This document shows positions 25,410-38,580 of a stretch of DNA of 64,000 nucleotides, piece after piece (within the stretch, counting starts at the first letter, position 1; every line of letters begins with the position of its first letter). Both the position numbers and the translations under genes were made by a program. The DNA comes from Mobula hypostoma (Eukaryota). The DNA is taken from the NCBI RefSeq assembly GCF_963921235.1, contig NC_086097.1, positions 178,500,001 to 178,564,000 on the forward strand, read 5' to 3'. The notes below the pieces were generated by a model, which did not search any database, was not told where the DNA came from, and saw only the letters and a program-made list of their open reading frames with translations.

Positions 25410-26175
25410 ATCACACACTATTCTAGAGGAACTCAGTAAGTCAGGAAGCATCTATGGAGGACAGTAAATAGTCGACATTTTGGGCTGAGACCCTCCACCA
25501 GGACTGGAAAGAAAGGGGGTAGAGGACAGACTAAGGAAGTGGTGAGAGGGGAGGAGTACAAACTGGCAAATGATAGGTGAAACCAGGCAAGGAGGAAGGT
25601 GGTTGAACTGGTTTGGGAGGGGGAATGAAGTAAGAAGCTGGGAGGTACTAGGTGTAAAGGAGAAGTAAAGAGTTGAAAGGAAGGAATTTGATAGGAGAAA
25701 ACTGAACCATGGGGGAAAGGGAAGGAGGAGAGGAACCAGGGGGTGGTAATGGGCTATCTGTAAGGAGTTTATACATTCTCCCCATTTCCTTGGTGCTTTG
25801 GTTTCCTCCCGGTGATCCGGTTTCCTCCCAAATGCAAAGACATACCAGTGGGTAGGTTGATTGGTCACTGTAAAGTGTCCTGTAATTAGGCTACGGTTAA
25901 ACTGAGGGATGCTCATAGGGCTGGAAGGACCTGTTCTGCACTGTATCTCAGTAAATAAATAACAGAAGGGGTAAGGGGGTAAACAGAATGGGGAATGAAA
26001 AAGAGAGGAGGGAGAGGAGAGAAATTACTAAAAGTTAGATACATCGATTTTCATGCCATCATGTTGGAGGCTATCCAGCTGAAATATGAGGCGTTGCTCC
26101 TCCAAACTGAGTCGAGCCTCATTCTGGCTGTAGAGGAGGCCAAGGGTAGACATGTCAGAATGGGAACGGGAAGTC
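25410..26175 (-). mobile_element. Penelope-like 3' region with GIY-YIG C-terminal remnant and nested V-SINE (about 25752-25962)
   Basis: The minus strand reads ARMRLDSVWRSNAS/LQLDSLQHDGM-like sequence matching 51420-51520 and 60190-60310; appears to resume at about 29561. Confidence 0.7.
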
Positions 26176-29100
26176 CATAAAACCATAAGACATAGGAGCA
26201 GAATTAGGCCATTCAGCCCATCGAGTCTGCTCTGTTATTACATTATGGCTGATCCCGGATCCCACTCAGCCTCATACACCTGCTCGCCATATCCTTTGAT
26301 GTCCTGTCCAGTCAGGAAACAATCAACTTCTGCCTTAAAAATACCCACGGACTTGGCCTCCACTTCAGTCTGTGGCAGAGCGTTCCACAGATTTACTACT
26401 CACTGGCTAAAAAAAATCCTCCTTAACTCTGTTCTAAAGCATTACTCCTCAATTTTGAGGCTGTTCCCTATAGATCTGGATGCCACCACTATGGGAAACA
26501 TCCTCTCCACATCCACCCTATCTAGTCCTTTCAACATTCGGTAGGTTTCTATGAGATCCCCCTGTATTCTTCTAAATTCCAGTGAGTACAGGTCCAAAGC
26601 TGCCAAATGCTCCTCATATGTTAATCCCTTCATTCCTGGAATCATCCCTGTGAACCTACTCTGGATTCTCTCCAATGAAAACACATCCTTTCTGAGATAT
26701 AGGGCCCAAAACTGTTGGCAATACGCCAAGTGCAGCCTGACTAGTGTCTTATAAAGCCTTAGCATTTGTTCCTTGCTTTTATATTCTATTCCCCTTGAAA
26801 TAAATGCCAACATTGCATTTGTCTTCTTTACCACAGACTCAACCTGTAAATTAACCTCTGGGAGTCTTGCATGAGGACTCCCAAGTCCCTCTGCACCTCT
26901 GATGTTTGAACCTTCTTCCCATTTAGATAATAGTCCGCAATATTGTTCCTTTTACCAAAATGCATTATCATACATTTCCAAAACTTTATTCCAACTGCCA
27001 CTTTTTTGCCCATTTTTCCAATTTGTCTAAGTCCTGCTGCAATTGCATTGCTTCCTCAGCACTACCTACCCCTCCACCTTTCTTCGTATCATCCGTAAAC
27101 TTTGCCACAAAGACATCAATTTCATTATCCAAATCACTGGCAAACAATGTGAAAAGGAGCGGTTCCAATATTGACCCTGAGGAACACCACTAGTCACTGG
27201 CAGCCAACCAGAAAAGGCCCCTTTTATTCCCAGTTGCTGCCTCCTGCCTGTCAGCCATTCCACTATCCATATTGGTATCTTTCCTGTAATGCCATAGGAT
27301 TTTATCTTGTTAAGCAGCCTCATGTGTGGCATCTTATCAAATGCCTTCGAAAATCCAAGTAAATGACATCCACTGCCTCTCTTTTGTCCACTGTGCTTGT
27401 TACTATCTTAAAGAACTTTTTGTCAGACAAGATTTCCCTTTACAGAAACATTTTTACATTTTTTTTATCATTAGTCTCCAAGTACCTCAAAACTTCATCC
27501 TTAATAATAGACTCCAACATTTTCCCAACCACTGAGGTTAGGCTAACTGGCCTATAATTTCCATTCTTTTGCCTTCTGTTCTTCTTAAAGAGTGGAGTGA
27601 TATCTGCAATCTTCCAGGCCTCCCAAACCATGCCAAAATCAAGAGTTTCTTGTAAGATCAAGACCAATGCGTCTGCTACCTCTTCAGCAACCTCTCTCAG
27701 GTCTCTGGGATGTAGCCCATCTGGTCCAGGTGACTTATCCACCTTAAGATCTTTGAGTTTGCCTAACACTTCTTCCTTTGTAATAGCAATGGCACTCATT
27801 CCTGCTTCCTACCACTCATAGACCTCTGGCACACTGCTAGTTTCTTCCACAGTGAATACAGATGCAAAGTACACAATAAATTAGAAACATAGAAACAAAG
27901 AAAACCCACAGCATAATACAGGCCCTTTGGTCCACAATGCTGTGCCAGACATGTACTTACTTTAGAAATTACCTAGGGTTACCCATAGCCCTCTATTCTT
28001 CTAAGCTCCACGTACCTATCCAGGAGTCTCTTAAAAGACCCTATTGTAGCTGCCTGTGTAAAAAAAACTTACCCCTGACATCTCCTCTGTATCTACTTCC
28101 AAACACCTTAAAAATGTGCCCTCTCATGTTAGCCATTTCAGCCCTGGGAAAAAGCCTTTGACTATCCACACAATCAATGCCTCTCATCATCTTATACACC
28201 TCTATCAGGTCACCTCTCATCCTCTGATGCTTCTCTGTCATCTGTCATTTCTTTGGCCCCCATTACTACCTCACCTGCATCATTTTCCAGTGGTCCAATA
28301 TTAACTTTCACCTCCCTTTTACTCTATATATAACTGAAAAAAACATTTGGTATCCTGCTTTATATTATTGGCGAGTCTTTCCTCATATTTCATCTTATAG
28401 CTTTGAGTTGCCTTTTGTTGGATTTTAAAAGCTTCCCAATCATCCAATCTCCTACTCACTGTTGCTACTTTATATGTCCTTTCCTGAGTTTTTATGCAGT
28501 CTTTAACTTTCTTTATCAGCCACGGTTGCCTCCCTCTGCCATTTGAGAACTTCTTCCACTGTGGGACATATCTATCCTGCACCTTGTGAACTATTGCCAG
28601 AAACTTCAGCCATCTCTGGTCTGCCATCATCCCGCCAGTATCTTCCTCCAATCCACCTGGGCAAGCTCCTCTCTCACGCCTCTGTAATCATTGTGATACT
28701 GGTACATGTGAGTTATGCTTCTCCCTCTCAAATTGCAGTACAAATTCAATCATATTATGATCACTGCTTCTTAAGTGTTCCTTTATGTTAAGCTCCCCAA
28801 TAGGATCTGGGTTAGTACACAACACCCAGTCTAAGATAGCCTTTCCCCGAGTAGGCTCAAGCACAAGCTGCTCTAAAAATCCATCTCGTAGGCATTCAAC
28901 AAATTCCCTCTCTTACAATCCGACACCAACCTGATTTTCCCAATCTCCTTGCATATAGAAGTCCCCTATTACAATTGTGTCATTACCCTTATTACATGCC
29001 TTTTCCAACTCCCTTTGCAATCTCAACCCCATGTTTTGGCTACTATTGGGAAGCCTATATATGATTCCCATACTTTTTCTTTACCCTTGGAATTTCTTAA

Positions 29101-29560
29101 CTCCACCCACAAAGATTCAACTTTCTCTGACCCCATGTCTCCTCTTTCTAAAGATGGAATTCCATCTCTTACTAAGAGAGCCACACCACCACCTATGCCT
29201 TCCTGCCTGTCTTTTTGATACAAAGCATATCCTTTGATGTTAAGCTCCCGACTATGGCCTTTCAACCATGACTCAGTGGTGCCCACAACATCATACCAAC
29301 CAATCACTAATTGTGCCACGAGTCCGTCCACCTTAAATACACCACCTTCAGTCCTGCATTCTCTACCCTTTTGAATTTTGCCTCTGTGGTACAATTTAAC
29401 TCTTTGCTCTGTCTGCATTTGTACCCAATCATTGGCTTGTCCTTCCTTACATTCATGTTACACCCATCATCTGCTTTAAACCTGCTGGCTCATCCTCAGC
29501 TCTATCATCCTGGTTCCCATTCCCCTAGCATATTAGTTTAAACCACTCCCAACAACTCCC
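26176..29560 (-). mobile_element. Decayed CR1 (end of ORF1 through ORF2 to tail) with a nested CR1 3' fragment at about 27883-28228
   Basis: YDVVGTTESWL, KSPGPDGLHPR, NYRPVSLTSVVGK, VPQG and KFTDDTK motifs; tail ccataaaaccataagac. Confidence 0.92.
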
Positions 29561-29954
29561 AAGTCAAATTGAAATGTTTAGCCTCTGGAAGATACTGCAT
29601 TTTTAGGTTGTCAGAGCTCAAAGGAGTGGTCCCCCAATCTTGCATCAGGCCTCATTGATGTAGAGGAGGCCACACTGGGAGCACCAGATGTGCATTCCAT
29701 TACTCCTGAAGGGATACACATCTTTAAAGTGCTTTCCTCATGCAGCACTTGTTTACATCTGATCTGCTATAACACTTGCAGGTTGCCAGTTAACAGATTA
29801 CAGAGTAATTAATGCACAGGCGGATGCTAATTATTTACCTTGCAATTCATTTCTTGGATCTGCTTTAAGTTATATATTGGTGGATAAACATAATTCAGCA
29901 GAAGTTTTCATGGCAACATGGAGAGCAGAAATGAGACAGGCATTTCACCAGATC

Positions 29955-30934
29955 ATAGAAACATAGAAACATAGAAAATAGGTGCAGGAGTAGGCCATTC
30001 GGCCCTTCGAGCCTGCACCGTCATTTATTATGATCATGGCTGATCATCCAACTCAGAACCCCGCCCCAGCCTTCCCTCCATACCCCCTGACCCCTGTAGC
30101 CACAAGGGCCATATCTAACTCCCTCTTAAACATAGCCAATGAACTGGCCTCAACAGTTTGCTGTGGCAGAGAATTCCACAGATTCACCACTCTCTGTGTG
30201 AAGAAGTTTTTCCTAATCTCGGTCCTAAAAGGCTTCCCCTCTATCCTCAAACTGTGACCCCTCGTTCTGGACTTCCCCAACATCGGGAACAATCTTCCTG
30301 CATCTAGCCTGTCCAATCCCTTTAGGATCTTATACGTTTCAATCAGATCCCCCCTCAATCTTCTAAATTCCAACGAGTACAAGCCCAGTTCATCCAGTCT
30401 TTCTTCATATGAAAGTCCTGCCATCCCAGGAATCAATCTGGTGAACCTTCTTTGTACTCCCTCTATGGCAAAGATGTCTTTCCTCAGATTAGGGGACCAA
30501 AACTGCACACAATACTCCAGGTGTGGTCTCACCAAGGCCTTGTACAACTGCAGTAGTACCTCCCTGCTCCTGTACTCGAATCCTCTCGCTATAAATGCCA
30601 GCATACCATTCGCCTTTTTCACCGCCTGCTGTACCTGCATGCCCACTTTCAATGACTGGTGTATAATGACACCCAGGTCTCGTTGCACCTCCCCTTTTCC
30701 TAATCGGCCACCATTCAGATAATAATCTGTTTTCCTATTTTTGCCGCCAAAGTGGATAACTTCACATTTATCCACATTAAATTGCATCTGCCATGAGTTT
30801 GCCCACTCACCTAACCTATCCAAGTCACCCTGCATCCTCTTAGCATCCTCCTCACTGCTAACACTGCCGCCCAGCTTCGTGTCATCCGCAAACTTGGAGA
30901 TGCCGCATTTAATTCCCTCATCCAAGTCATTAAT
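29955..30934 (-). mobile_element. Young 5'-truncated CR1 with uninterrupted ORF2 C-terminus
   Basis: Open frame from INDLDEG to the stop at 30053; (TTTCTATG)n tail; possible TSD AGATC at 29950-29954 and 30935-30939. Confidence 0.95.
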
Positions 30935-33195
30935 AGATCCCACCCACTTCTCCCATAACTGCATAAAGCCATCAGGTATACAAACATGCGTAAACCCTGC
31001 ACTGTGCAAAACCTGTGGAAACAACTTACCCATCAAAATCTCTATAAAATACATTCCTCTCAGCTTAAACCTATGCCCCCTTGTTTCTGATACTCAAAGC
31101 ATGAGAAAATGTTTTGGACTATCTACCTTATATACGTATCTCTAATAATCTAATTACTTCTATCAGCAAAACACTCAGCCTTGTTCAAGCCCAGATAATC
31201 CAATTTCTTCCCCACAATTAAAATCTTCCAATTCAGGCAACATCCTGTTGAATCTCCTTTTCAGATTGTGAGTAGTTTTTGGCCCCATATAGAACACAGA
31301 ACATAGAAGAGTGCAGCACAAGCAGGCTCTTTGCCCCATAATGTTGTGCTTTTAACCTACCCCGAGACAAACCTAACCCTTTCCTCCTACATAACACTCC
31401 ATTTTTCTCTCACCCATGTGCCTATCTCTCCCTGTATTTCCACCCTGGGAATAGTCTCTGGGTATCTCTCTGTTCCTCCTGCACATTGCTAAAAATGTCA
31501 CCATTAACAGAATAGGTTGAAAGGTCGTCAAAACATCATGGAGTGAAGGGCTTGTGGTGTGTCGCACTGTTTTATCTTCCGTAATCTATGTTCTGGTATT
31601 AACCTCATATCCCTTGATTCCCATAATATCTAAATATCCACCACTTTCTGAGTAAACTTAGTAATTGAGCTTCTACAGGGTAAAGGATTTCAATAATTCA
31701 CCTCACTATAGGTGAAGAAATTTCTTTTCATCTGTCTTCAATGGCTGATCCCTTATTTTGAGTCTGCAACCTTAGTTCTAGATAAGCCCCTCGAGAAACC
31801 TCTTCCTCATATCCAGTCCTTAGAGACCTGTTCATATTTCAATGAGATGTCCCCTCATTATTTTAAATGCTAGAAAATACAGGAAGTTCAAAGGAGATGT
31901 GTGGGGGAATTAATTTTTTTTTACATCAGAGTGTGCTGGGTGCCAGGGGAAGTAGGGGAAGCAGATATGATAAAGCATTTAAGGTGGTTTTGGATCAGCT
32001 CATGGATGCATGGGGAATGGAGGAATAAGGACTATGTTCATTCATTCATGGCTTGGCTTCACGAACAAAGATTTAGGAAGGGGGCTGCCCACGTCTGATG
32101 CAGGCTTGCTGATGACTGATGAGGCCAATACGGGACAGGCAGGTCCAGCCACAGCGGCTGCAAGGGAAATTCTGTTCTGGGTTTGGTGCTGCTGTGTCAC
32201 GGTTCTTCCTCCTTCTCCTCTTGTCCTCAATGCCAGCCCTGCGTGCGTTCTCGAAGGAGGAGACAGACTAGTGAATAGTGTGTACCCAGGCCTCGCAATC
32301 GGAGGCTAGATTAGACCACTGGTGATGGTCAATGTGACAGGCACCAAGGGATTTCTTCAGGGAGTCCTTGTACCTCTTCTTCGGTGCCCCTCTGTTACGG
32401 TGGCCAGTGGAGAGTTCGCCATACAGCACAATCTTGGGCAGGCGATGATCCTGCATCCTGGAGACGTGCCCTGCCCAGCACAGCTGCATCTTCAACAGCA
32501 TGGCCTCGATGCTGGTGACCTCCGCCTGTTCGAGGACTTCGATGTTGGTGACCAAGTCACTCCAGTGGATGTTGAGGATGGTGTGGAGGCAGCGCTGGTG
32601 GAAACGCTCAAGGAGTCGTAGGTGGTGATGCTAGGTGACCCACAACTCAGAGCTGTACAGGTGGGTGGGCAGTACAACGGCTGTGTACACACTGATCTTT
32701 GTGCCTTTCTTCAAATGCTTGTTGTTCCAGACTCTTTTGTACAGCCTGCTAAATGCGCTGTTTGCCTTTGCCAGTCTGTTGTCAATCTCTTTGTCGATCT
32801 TGGCATCTGACGAGATGGTGCACCTCAGGTAGCTGAACTGGTGGACTTTCTTCAGCTTTACCTCACCGACGGTGATGTGGGGAGGGTGGTAATCTTCCTG
32901 AGGTGTGGGCTGATGGAGAACTTCTGTCTTCTTCAAGCTGACTTCCAGTCCGAAGAGCTCGGCAGCCTCTGTGAAGCAGGATGTTATGTGCTGCAGGGCT
33001 GTCTCTGTGTGGGCAACAAGGGCAGCATCGTCTGTGAAGAGTGACTCTTGGATGAGTTGTTCCAGTGTCTTGGTGTGGGACTGTAATCACCTCAGGTTGA
33101 ACAGGCTGCCATCGGTGGGTATTGGTTGTAAACACTGTCCTCGTCATCAAGGTCTTCTGTGGCCCTTTCGAGCATCTTATGTAATATGTAATATG

Positions 33196-33741
33196 TATTC
33201 TGTGCAGTTTTGGTCTCCAAATTTGAGGAAGGACATTCTTGCTATTGAGGGAGTGCAGCATAGGTTCACAAGGTTAATTCCCAGGATGGCGGGACTATCA
33301 TATGTCGAAAGATTGGAGCGACTGGGCTTGTATAGTCTGGAATTTAGAAGGCTGAGAAGGGATCTTATTGAAACATATAAGATTATTAAGGGATTGAACA
33401 TGCTGGAGGCAGGAAGCATGTTCCCGCTGATGGGTGAGTCCAGAACCAGAGGCCACAGTTTAAGAATGAGGGGTAGGCCATTTAGGACAGAGTTGAGGAA
33501 AAACTTTTTCACCCAGAGAGTGGTGGATATATGGAATGCTCTGCCCCAGAAGGCTGTGGAGGCCAAGTCTCTGGATGCTTTCAAGAAAGAGATGGATAGA
33601 GCTCTTAAAGATAGTGGAATCAAAGGTTATGGGGATAAGGCAGGAAGTGGATACTGATTGTGGATGATCAGCCATGATCACAGTGAATGGCGGTGCTGGC
33701 TAGAAGGGTCAAATGGCCTACTCCTGCACCTATTGTCTATT
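33196..33741 (+). mobile_element. Young CR1 3' fragment nested in the RTE
   Basis: Open frame from VQFWSPNLRKD to KAGSGY*; RTE sequence resumes at atcatgctgaag. Confidence 0.93.
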
Positions 33742-33799
33742 ATCATGCTGAAGAAGATGGTGAAGAGAGTCGGCGCAAGGATGAAGCCTTGCTTTACTC

Positions 33800-35156
33800 C
33801 AGTGGTAGGCAACCTACGGCTCGCGAAGGTATTTTGACCGGCCCGTAAGCAGATATTGGGATACCATGCTTATCCAGCTTGCAAGCGATTTTTCCTTATT
33901 CTGAGTGTTTCACGCAACCACACTGATGGACATACATGGCATCTTGTTACACTGGCCCCAGGTTCCGTTTTGTTCCAAACCAAGCACTGGTATGTACGAA
34001 TGACAGGAAGGCAGACTACCTTATTAATACGTATTAGATACTCTCCGTGCGTGCCCAGGTTTTCAGATGGGATCATTCAAATTTGTAAACAGAAACAGCG
34101 TCGCTGTGTTTTAACAAGAAATCCTCCCTAAATATCTAGATATTTACATGTGCTATGATACTTATTGAATAACTTGCGTTTTGAAATAAAATCGAAGAAA
34201 AAAATTCCAATGGCAATGAATGCAAAACGCAGGAAGGGAGTTACTGAGAGCTGAAATTTCCAAGACTCTTGGATACCGGATTACTTCTTCATCGAGCAAG
34301 CTGGGAAACCAGTTGGTCTCAATTGCTTAGAAAATGAGAGAAAGGTCTAAGAATTGAGAAAAGAGTTTTCATCTCGTTTTGCTGATTTTTGCTTGCATGC
34401 AAATGAGTTCAAGCTGTTTGCTACTCTATTTGATGTGGAAGTGGACACTGCATCAGAAATTTTTCAAATGGAATTGATTGAGATGCAATGTGATGACATA
34501 TTGAGATCGAAATTTCATTCTGAAGATGTGTCAGTGCTTGACTTCTATAGAAAATACATTCATCCAAGTGGGAAGTATTCTAACTTAGTGGACCATGCAA
34601 ATAAGGTTGCATCATTGTTTGGCAGCACTTACCTGTGTGTGCAATTATTTTCAGAAATGAAGCACACCAAGAAGCATTTGAGAACAAGATTGACTGATGC
34701 CCATCTGGATAATGTCTTGCTCTTGGCATCAACAAGTCTGACACCCAATATTGAGAAGCTTTCAAGCAACAAACAGCATCAAGTTTCACCTTGATTTATC
34801 GACTGTTTGCATTAAAATTTTGTTTCTTTATTATACTTAATTTACCACCATTCAATGCATCATATTCACACATTTTATGTTTAAAGATTCTTTGTGTCCT
34901 TTTAATAGATTCAAAAGGTGCCTTGATTGAAATAAATTGCAACTAAACTGAGTTCTTTGATTACTAATTGGCATCCTTGGTTAAGCACAAATGATTTTCT
35001 AGCATGTGTTATTCATTAATTTGAGGTAAAACATAACTAGATGTATTTAAATGGATAGTTCTTATTTTTCAAGTTTTTTATGGCATTTATCTGGTCCACT
35101 GTCCGCTCATTAATACGCGATCCAGCCCACAGCAGCAAAAAGGTGGCCGACTCTTG
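33800..35156 (+). mobile_element. hAT (SPIN/Charlie8/GTF2IRD2-type) internally deleted transposon
   Basis: Perfect 8-bp TSD CTTTACTC at 33792-33799 and 35157-35164; ends cagtggtaggcaacct ... aggtggccgactcttg. N-terminal remnant (FQDSWIPDYFF..GKPV) is joined to the C-terminus (QMELIEMQCD, FGSTYLC.QLFS.MK, RLTD.HL). Confidence 0.93.
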
Positions 35157-36761
35157 CTTTACTCCATTGCCTATTGGGAAGGGTTCTGAGAGGTCGTTCT
35201 TGTGTCTGGCTTGGCCACGCTGATCTTCATGTAGATTGGATGACCATGCTGAGGAACTTTGGGGGGTATCCCAGTCATCCCATGATTTGCCACAGACCTT
35301 CCTTATTCACGGTGTCGAACGCTTTGTTAAGGTTGACAAACGTGATGTACAATCCCGTGTTCTGTTCCCTACATTTCTCTTGGAGCTGCCTGAGAACAAA
35401 TACCATGTCGCTGGTGCTCCTGTTGGCTCTGAAGCCACACTGGCTCTCTGGGAGGTGTTCTTCTGCAATGATGGGCACCAATCTGTTCAGGAGTACTCTT
35501 GCGAGGATTTTTCCTGCGATAGAGAGCAGAGTTATCCCCCAGTAGTTGGAGCAGTGGGACTTCTCCTCCTTGTTCTTATACAAGGCGATGATGACTACAT
35601 CACGGAGGTGCTGTGGTAGTTTACTTTGTTCCCAGCAGCAGACAAAGAACTCCTGGAGTTTGGTGTGTAACGCTGGGCCCCCATGCTTCCAAATCTCAGG
35701 TGGGATTCCATCAACTCCCACTGCCTTGCCACTTTTCAGCTGCTATATGGCCTTGACTGTCTCTTCTAGGGTTGGAATCTTGTCCAGTACTGTTTTCTCT
35801 GGCTGTTGTGGGATGCGATGAATTGCTGAGTCTTGGACCATACAGTTGGTGCTGAAGAGAGTCTGGAAATGTTCCGACCACCGGTTCAGGATGAATGCCT
35901 TGTTTATCAAGAGCGCCTGACCGTCTGCACTGCGCAAGGGACTCTGGACCTGGTGCAAAGGGCTGTACACTGCTCTCAGGGCTTCATAAAACCCTCTGTA
36001 GTCACTGGTGTCTGTGCAAAGCTGAGTTCTCTTTGCGAGGTCGGTCCACCACATGTTCTGAATCTCTCGAAACTTGTGCTGGAGGTTGCGGCATACAAGG
36101 CGGAAGGCTGCTTTCTTATCAGGACAAGACGGCTGAGCAAGGTGCGTCTGGTGGGCGGATCTCTTCTTCGCCAGCAATTCTTGGATCTCTTGGTTGTTTT
36201 CATCGAACCAGTCCTTGTTCTTCTTTGTGGAAAACACTAGGACTTCTTCAGCGATTTGCAGGATAGTGGTCTTTAGGTGTTCCCAAAGCACTTCTGGAGA
36301 GGAGTCTGTGGGGAAACTGGGATCCTGAAGCCTCTACTGAAGATTCGTCTGAAAGTCAGCTTTCACTTCAGCTGACTAGAGGTTGCCAACCTGAAACTTC
36401 TTCCTTGGAGCACTTCCTCTCTTTGGCTCGGGTTTGAAATGGAGACTGAGTTTGCAGCGGACAAGACGATGATCCGTATGACACTCTGTGCTGGGTATCA
36501 CTCGGGTGAGTAAGACGTCCCAAAGGTCTCTCTGGCACACCAAGATGTAGTCTATGAGGTGCCAATGCTGGGAAATGGTGTTAGTGATGGTGAGTTGCTG
36601 CAAAACTATAACAAAACAATAACTAAAAAAACTATAACAGAAGGTGTCCGTTGTCGTTGCAGTTCCCAACACCATGTTTGCCAAGTACTCCTTTCCAGGC
36701 TTCTGAATCTTGGCCTACTCTGGCATTAAAGAACTATGTACTACTGCCACAAACCAACAAG

Positions 36762-37890
36762 TTACATGCCTTATGAGGAAAGAGTGAGTGAGCTAGTGTC
36801 TTTCTCTTTGGACCAAAGGAGGACGAGAGGCAACTGGATGGGGGTGTGTAAGATAATAAGAGGCATAGACAGTGTAGACAGCCATTGCCTTTTTCCCCAG
36901 ACTGGAAATGGTGAATACATGAGGGTATACTTTTAAGGTGAATGGAGGAAAGTATAGGGAGGATGTAAGAGATAGTTTTTTTAAACACTGAGTGGTAAGT
37001 GCATGGAATACACTGCAAGGAGCAGTGGTAGAGGCAGATATATTAGAGACATTTAAGTGACTCTTAGATAGGCACATGGATGAAAGAAAAATGGAGGCCT
37101 ATGAGGGAGGGAAGGGTTAGATTAATCTTGGAGTAGATTAAAAGTTATGCTCGGCATTGAGGGCCAAAGGGTATTTATTATGCTATGTTCTATGTTCTAT
37201 ATAAATCAGTGATAATAAATCTGATTACAATTCTGTTCAGAAGGGATTCAGTTAATTAGACGTCATTAGCTTAATTAGTTTGGTATAACACTGTGGGCTG
37301 AAGAGCCTATTCCTGTGCTGTACTGTTCTATGCTTTAAGGTCAATCCAATCGTTCCTCATCCATCTTACCAGCCCAGGAATGAATCTTTGTTGCCTTTCT
37401 TCAGTGGAAAGCCTATCCTGTCTTTGATAAGGAGAACAAAACTGCACACAGTTTTCCAGGTGAGATCGTAGCAAGACCGTAAATAATCGAGATGGTTATT
37501 TATTGCTTGCAGTGTAGGAGACTGAGAGGTGATCTTATGGAGATGTACTGTATGTAACTCTGCAGGACATAGACAGTGTAGATGTACTCAGTCCTTTTCC
37601 CACGGTTGGGGAATGAAGAACTAGAGGTTTAAGGTGAGCCAGGAAGGATTTAGTAGGAACTTGAGGGACAACCTTTTTACACAAAAGCTATTATCTATGT
37701 GGAATAAATTGCCAGAGGAAGTGTTTGAGGCAAATACAATAACAATATTTAAAAGATTGTTGGATGGGAACACGGATGGGAAAGGTTTAGAGGGTTAAGG
37801 GCCAAATGTAGGCAAATGGGAATAGCATGGTTGGCACCTTGGTTGACGTGGACTAGTTGGGCTGGTACTGTATGACTCTACATTTCTATG
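36762..37890 (+). mobile_element. Cluster of old CR1 3' fragments
   Basis: YEERVSEL..FSL and WNKLPEEV motifs; (TTCTATG)n tails. Confidence 0.75.
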
Positions 37891-38069
37891 ACTGCCATGG
37901 AGGATCATTCTGCTCAGAAGATATCTTTCTTTAATATTTCAGAAAGAAATGTTATTCACAATAGAAATAATTACAATCACATAAACAGTGCAAAACATTT
38001 ATAGTCACGGTCATGTCTGCTAACTTACTTTTTGAAACATTACCGTGGTCCAGCCACACTGACGTCATG

Positions 38070-38580
38070 GCCAAGGGGGCTCAGCAATGCCTCTACTTCC
38101 TCGGGTGGCTAAAGAAACTTGACATCGCCCTGTCAACCCTTCCAAACTTTGACCAATGAAAGCATCCTACCTGGCTGCAACACAACCTGGTATGGCAACT
38201 GCTCTGCACGCGACCACGAGAAACTGCAGAGCTGTGGGCACAGCTCAGCACATCACAAACATCAGCCTCTCCTGCATGGGTTCTCTCTACACTTCCCACT
38301 TCCTTGGTAAAGCAGCCTGCATAATCAAGACCTTCCCCACCCCAGACTTCAACTCCCTCCTCCCGCTGGACAGCAAAAATCACCAGGCTCAAGGACAGCT
38401 TCTATCTCACTGTTATCAGACTCTTGAATGGATCTCTTGTATGTTAAGATGGACTTTTGACCTCACAATCCACTGTGTTACCATTGTGCACTTTTTTGTT
38501 CACGTCCAATATACTTTCTCTGTAGCTTTTGCACTTTATCCTGCACTGTTGTTGTTTTACCTTGTTCTACCCCAGTGCAG
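38070..38580 (+). mobile_element. Rex1/Babar-type LINE 3' end
   Basis: ESILPGCNTTWYGNCSARD..KLQ motif. Confidence 0.8.

Larger units (their letters stand above)
32043..36727 (-). mobile_element. RTE-clade LINE (AviRTE/BovB-like), 5'-truncated and interrupted twice
   Basis: FNARVG, WHLIDY, TDHRLV, GVDGIPPEIWK, LPESQCGFR, LRQLQEKCREQ, LKKTEVL and WAGHVSRM motifs; terminal C-x2-C knuckle; 3' end gaagccaagcca followed by (TGAA)n. Confidence 0.93.

Noticed and set aside
30053..31054. 333-aa ORF as a host gene
   Set aside because: It is the CR1 ORF2 C-terminus. The first roughly 40 residues are chance read-through from flanking DNA.
34354..34794. Domesticated GTF2IRD2/EPM2AIP1-like gene
   Set aside because: It lies between TIRs and an 8-bp TSD, lacks the transposase core and has a stop in the N-terminal remnant.
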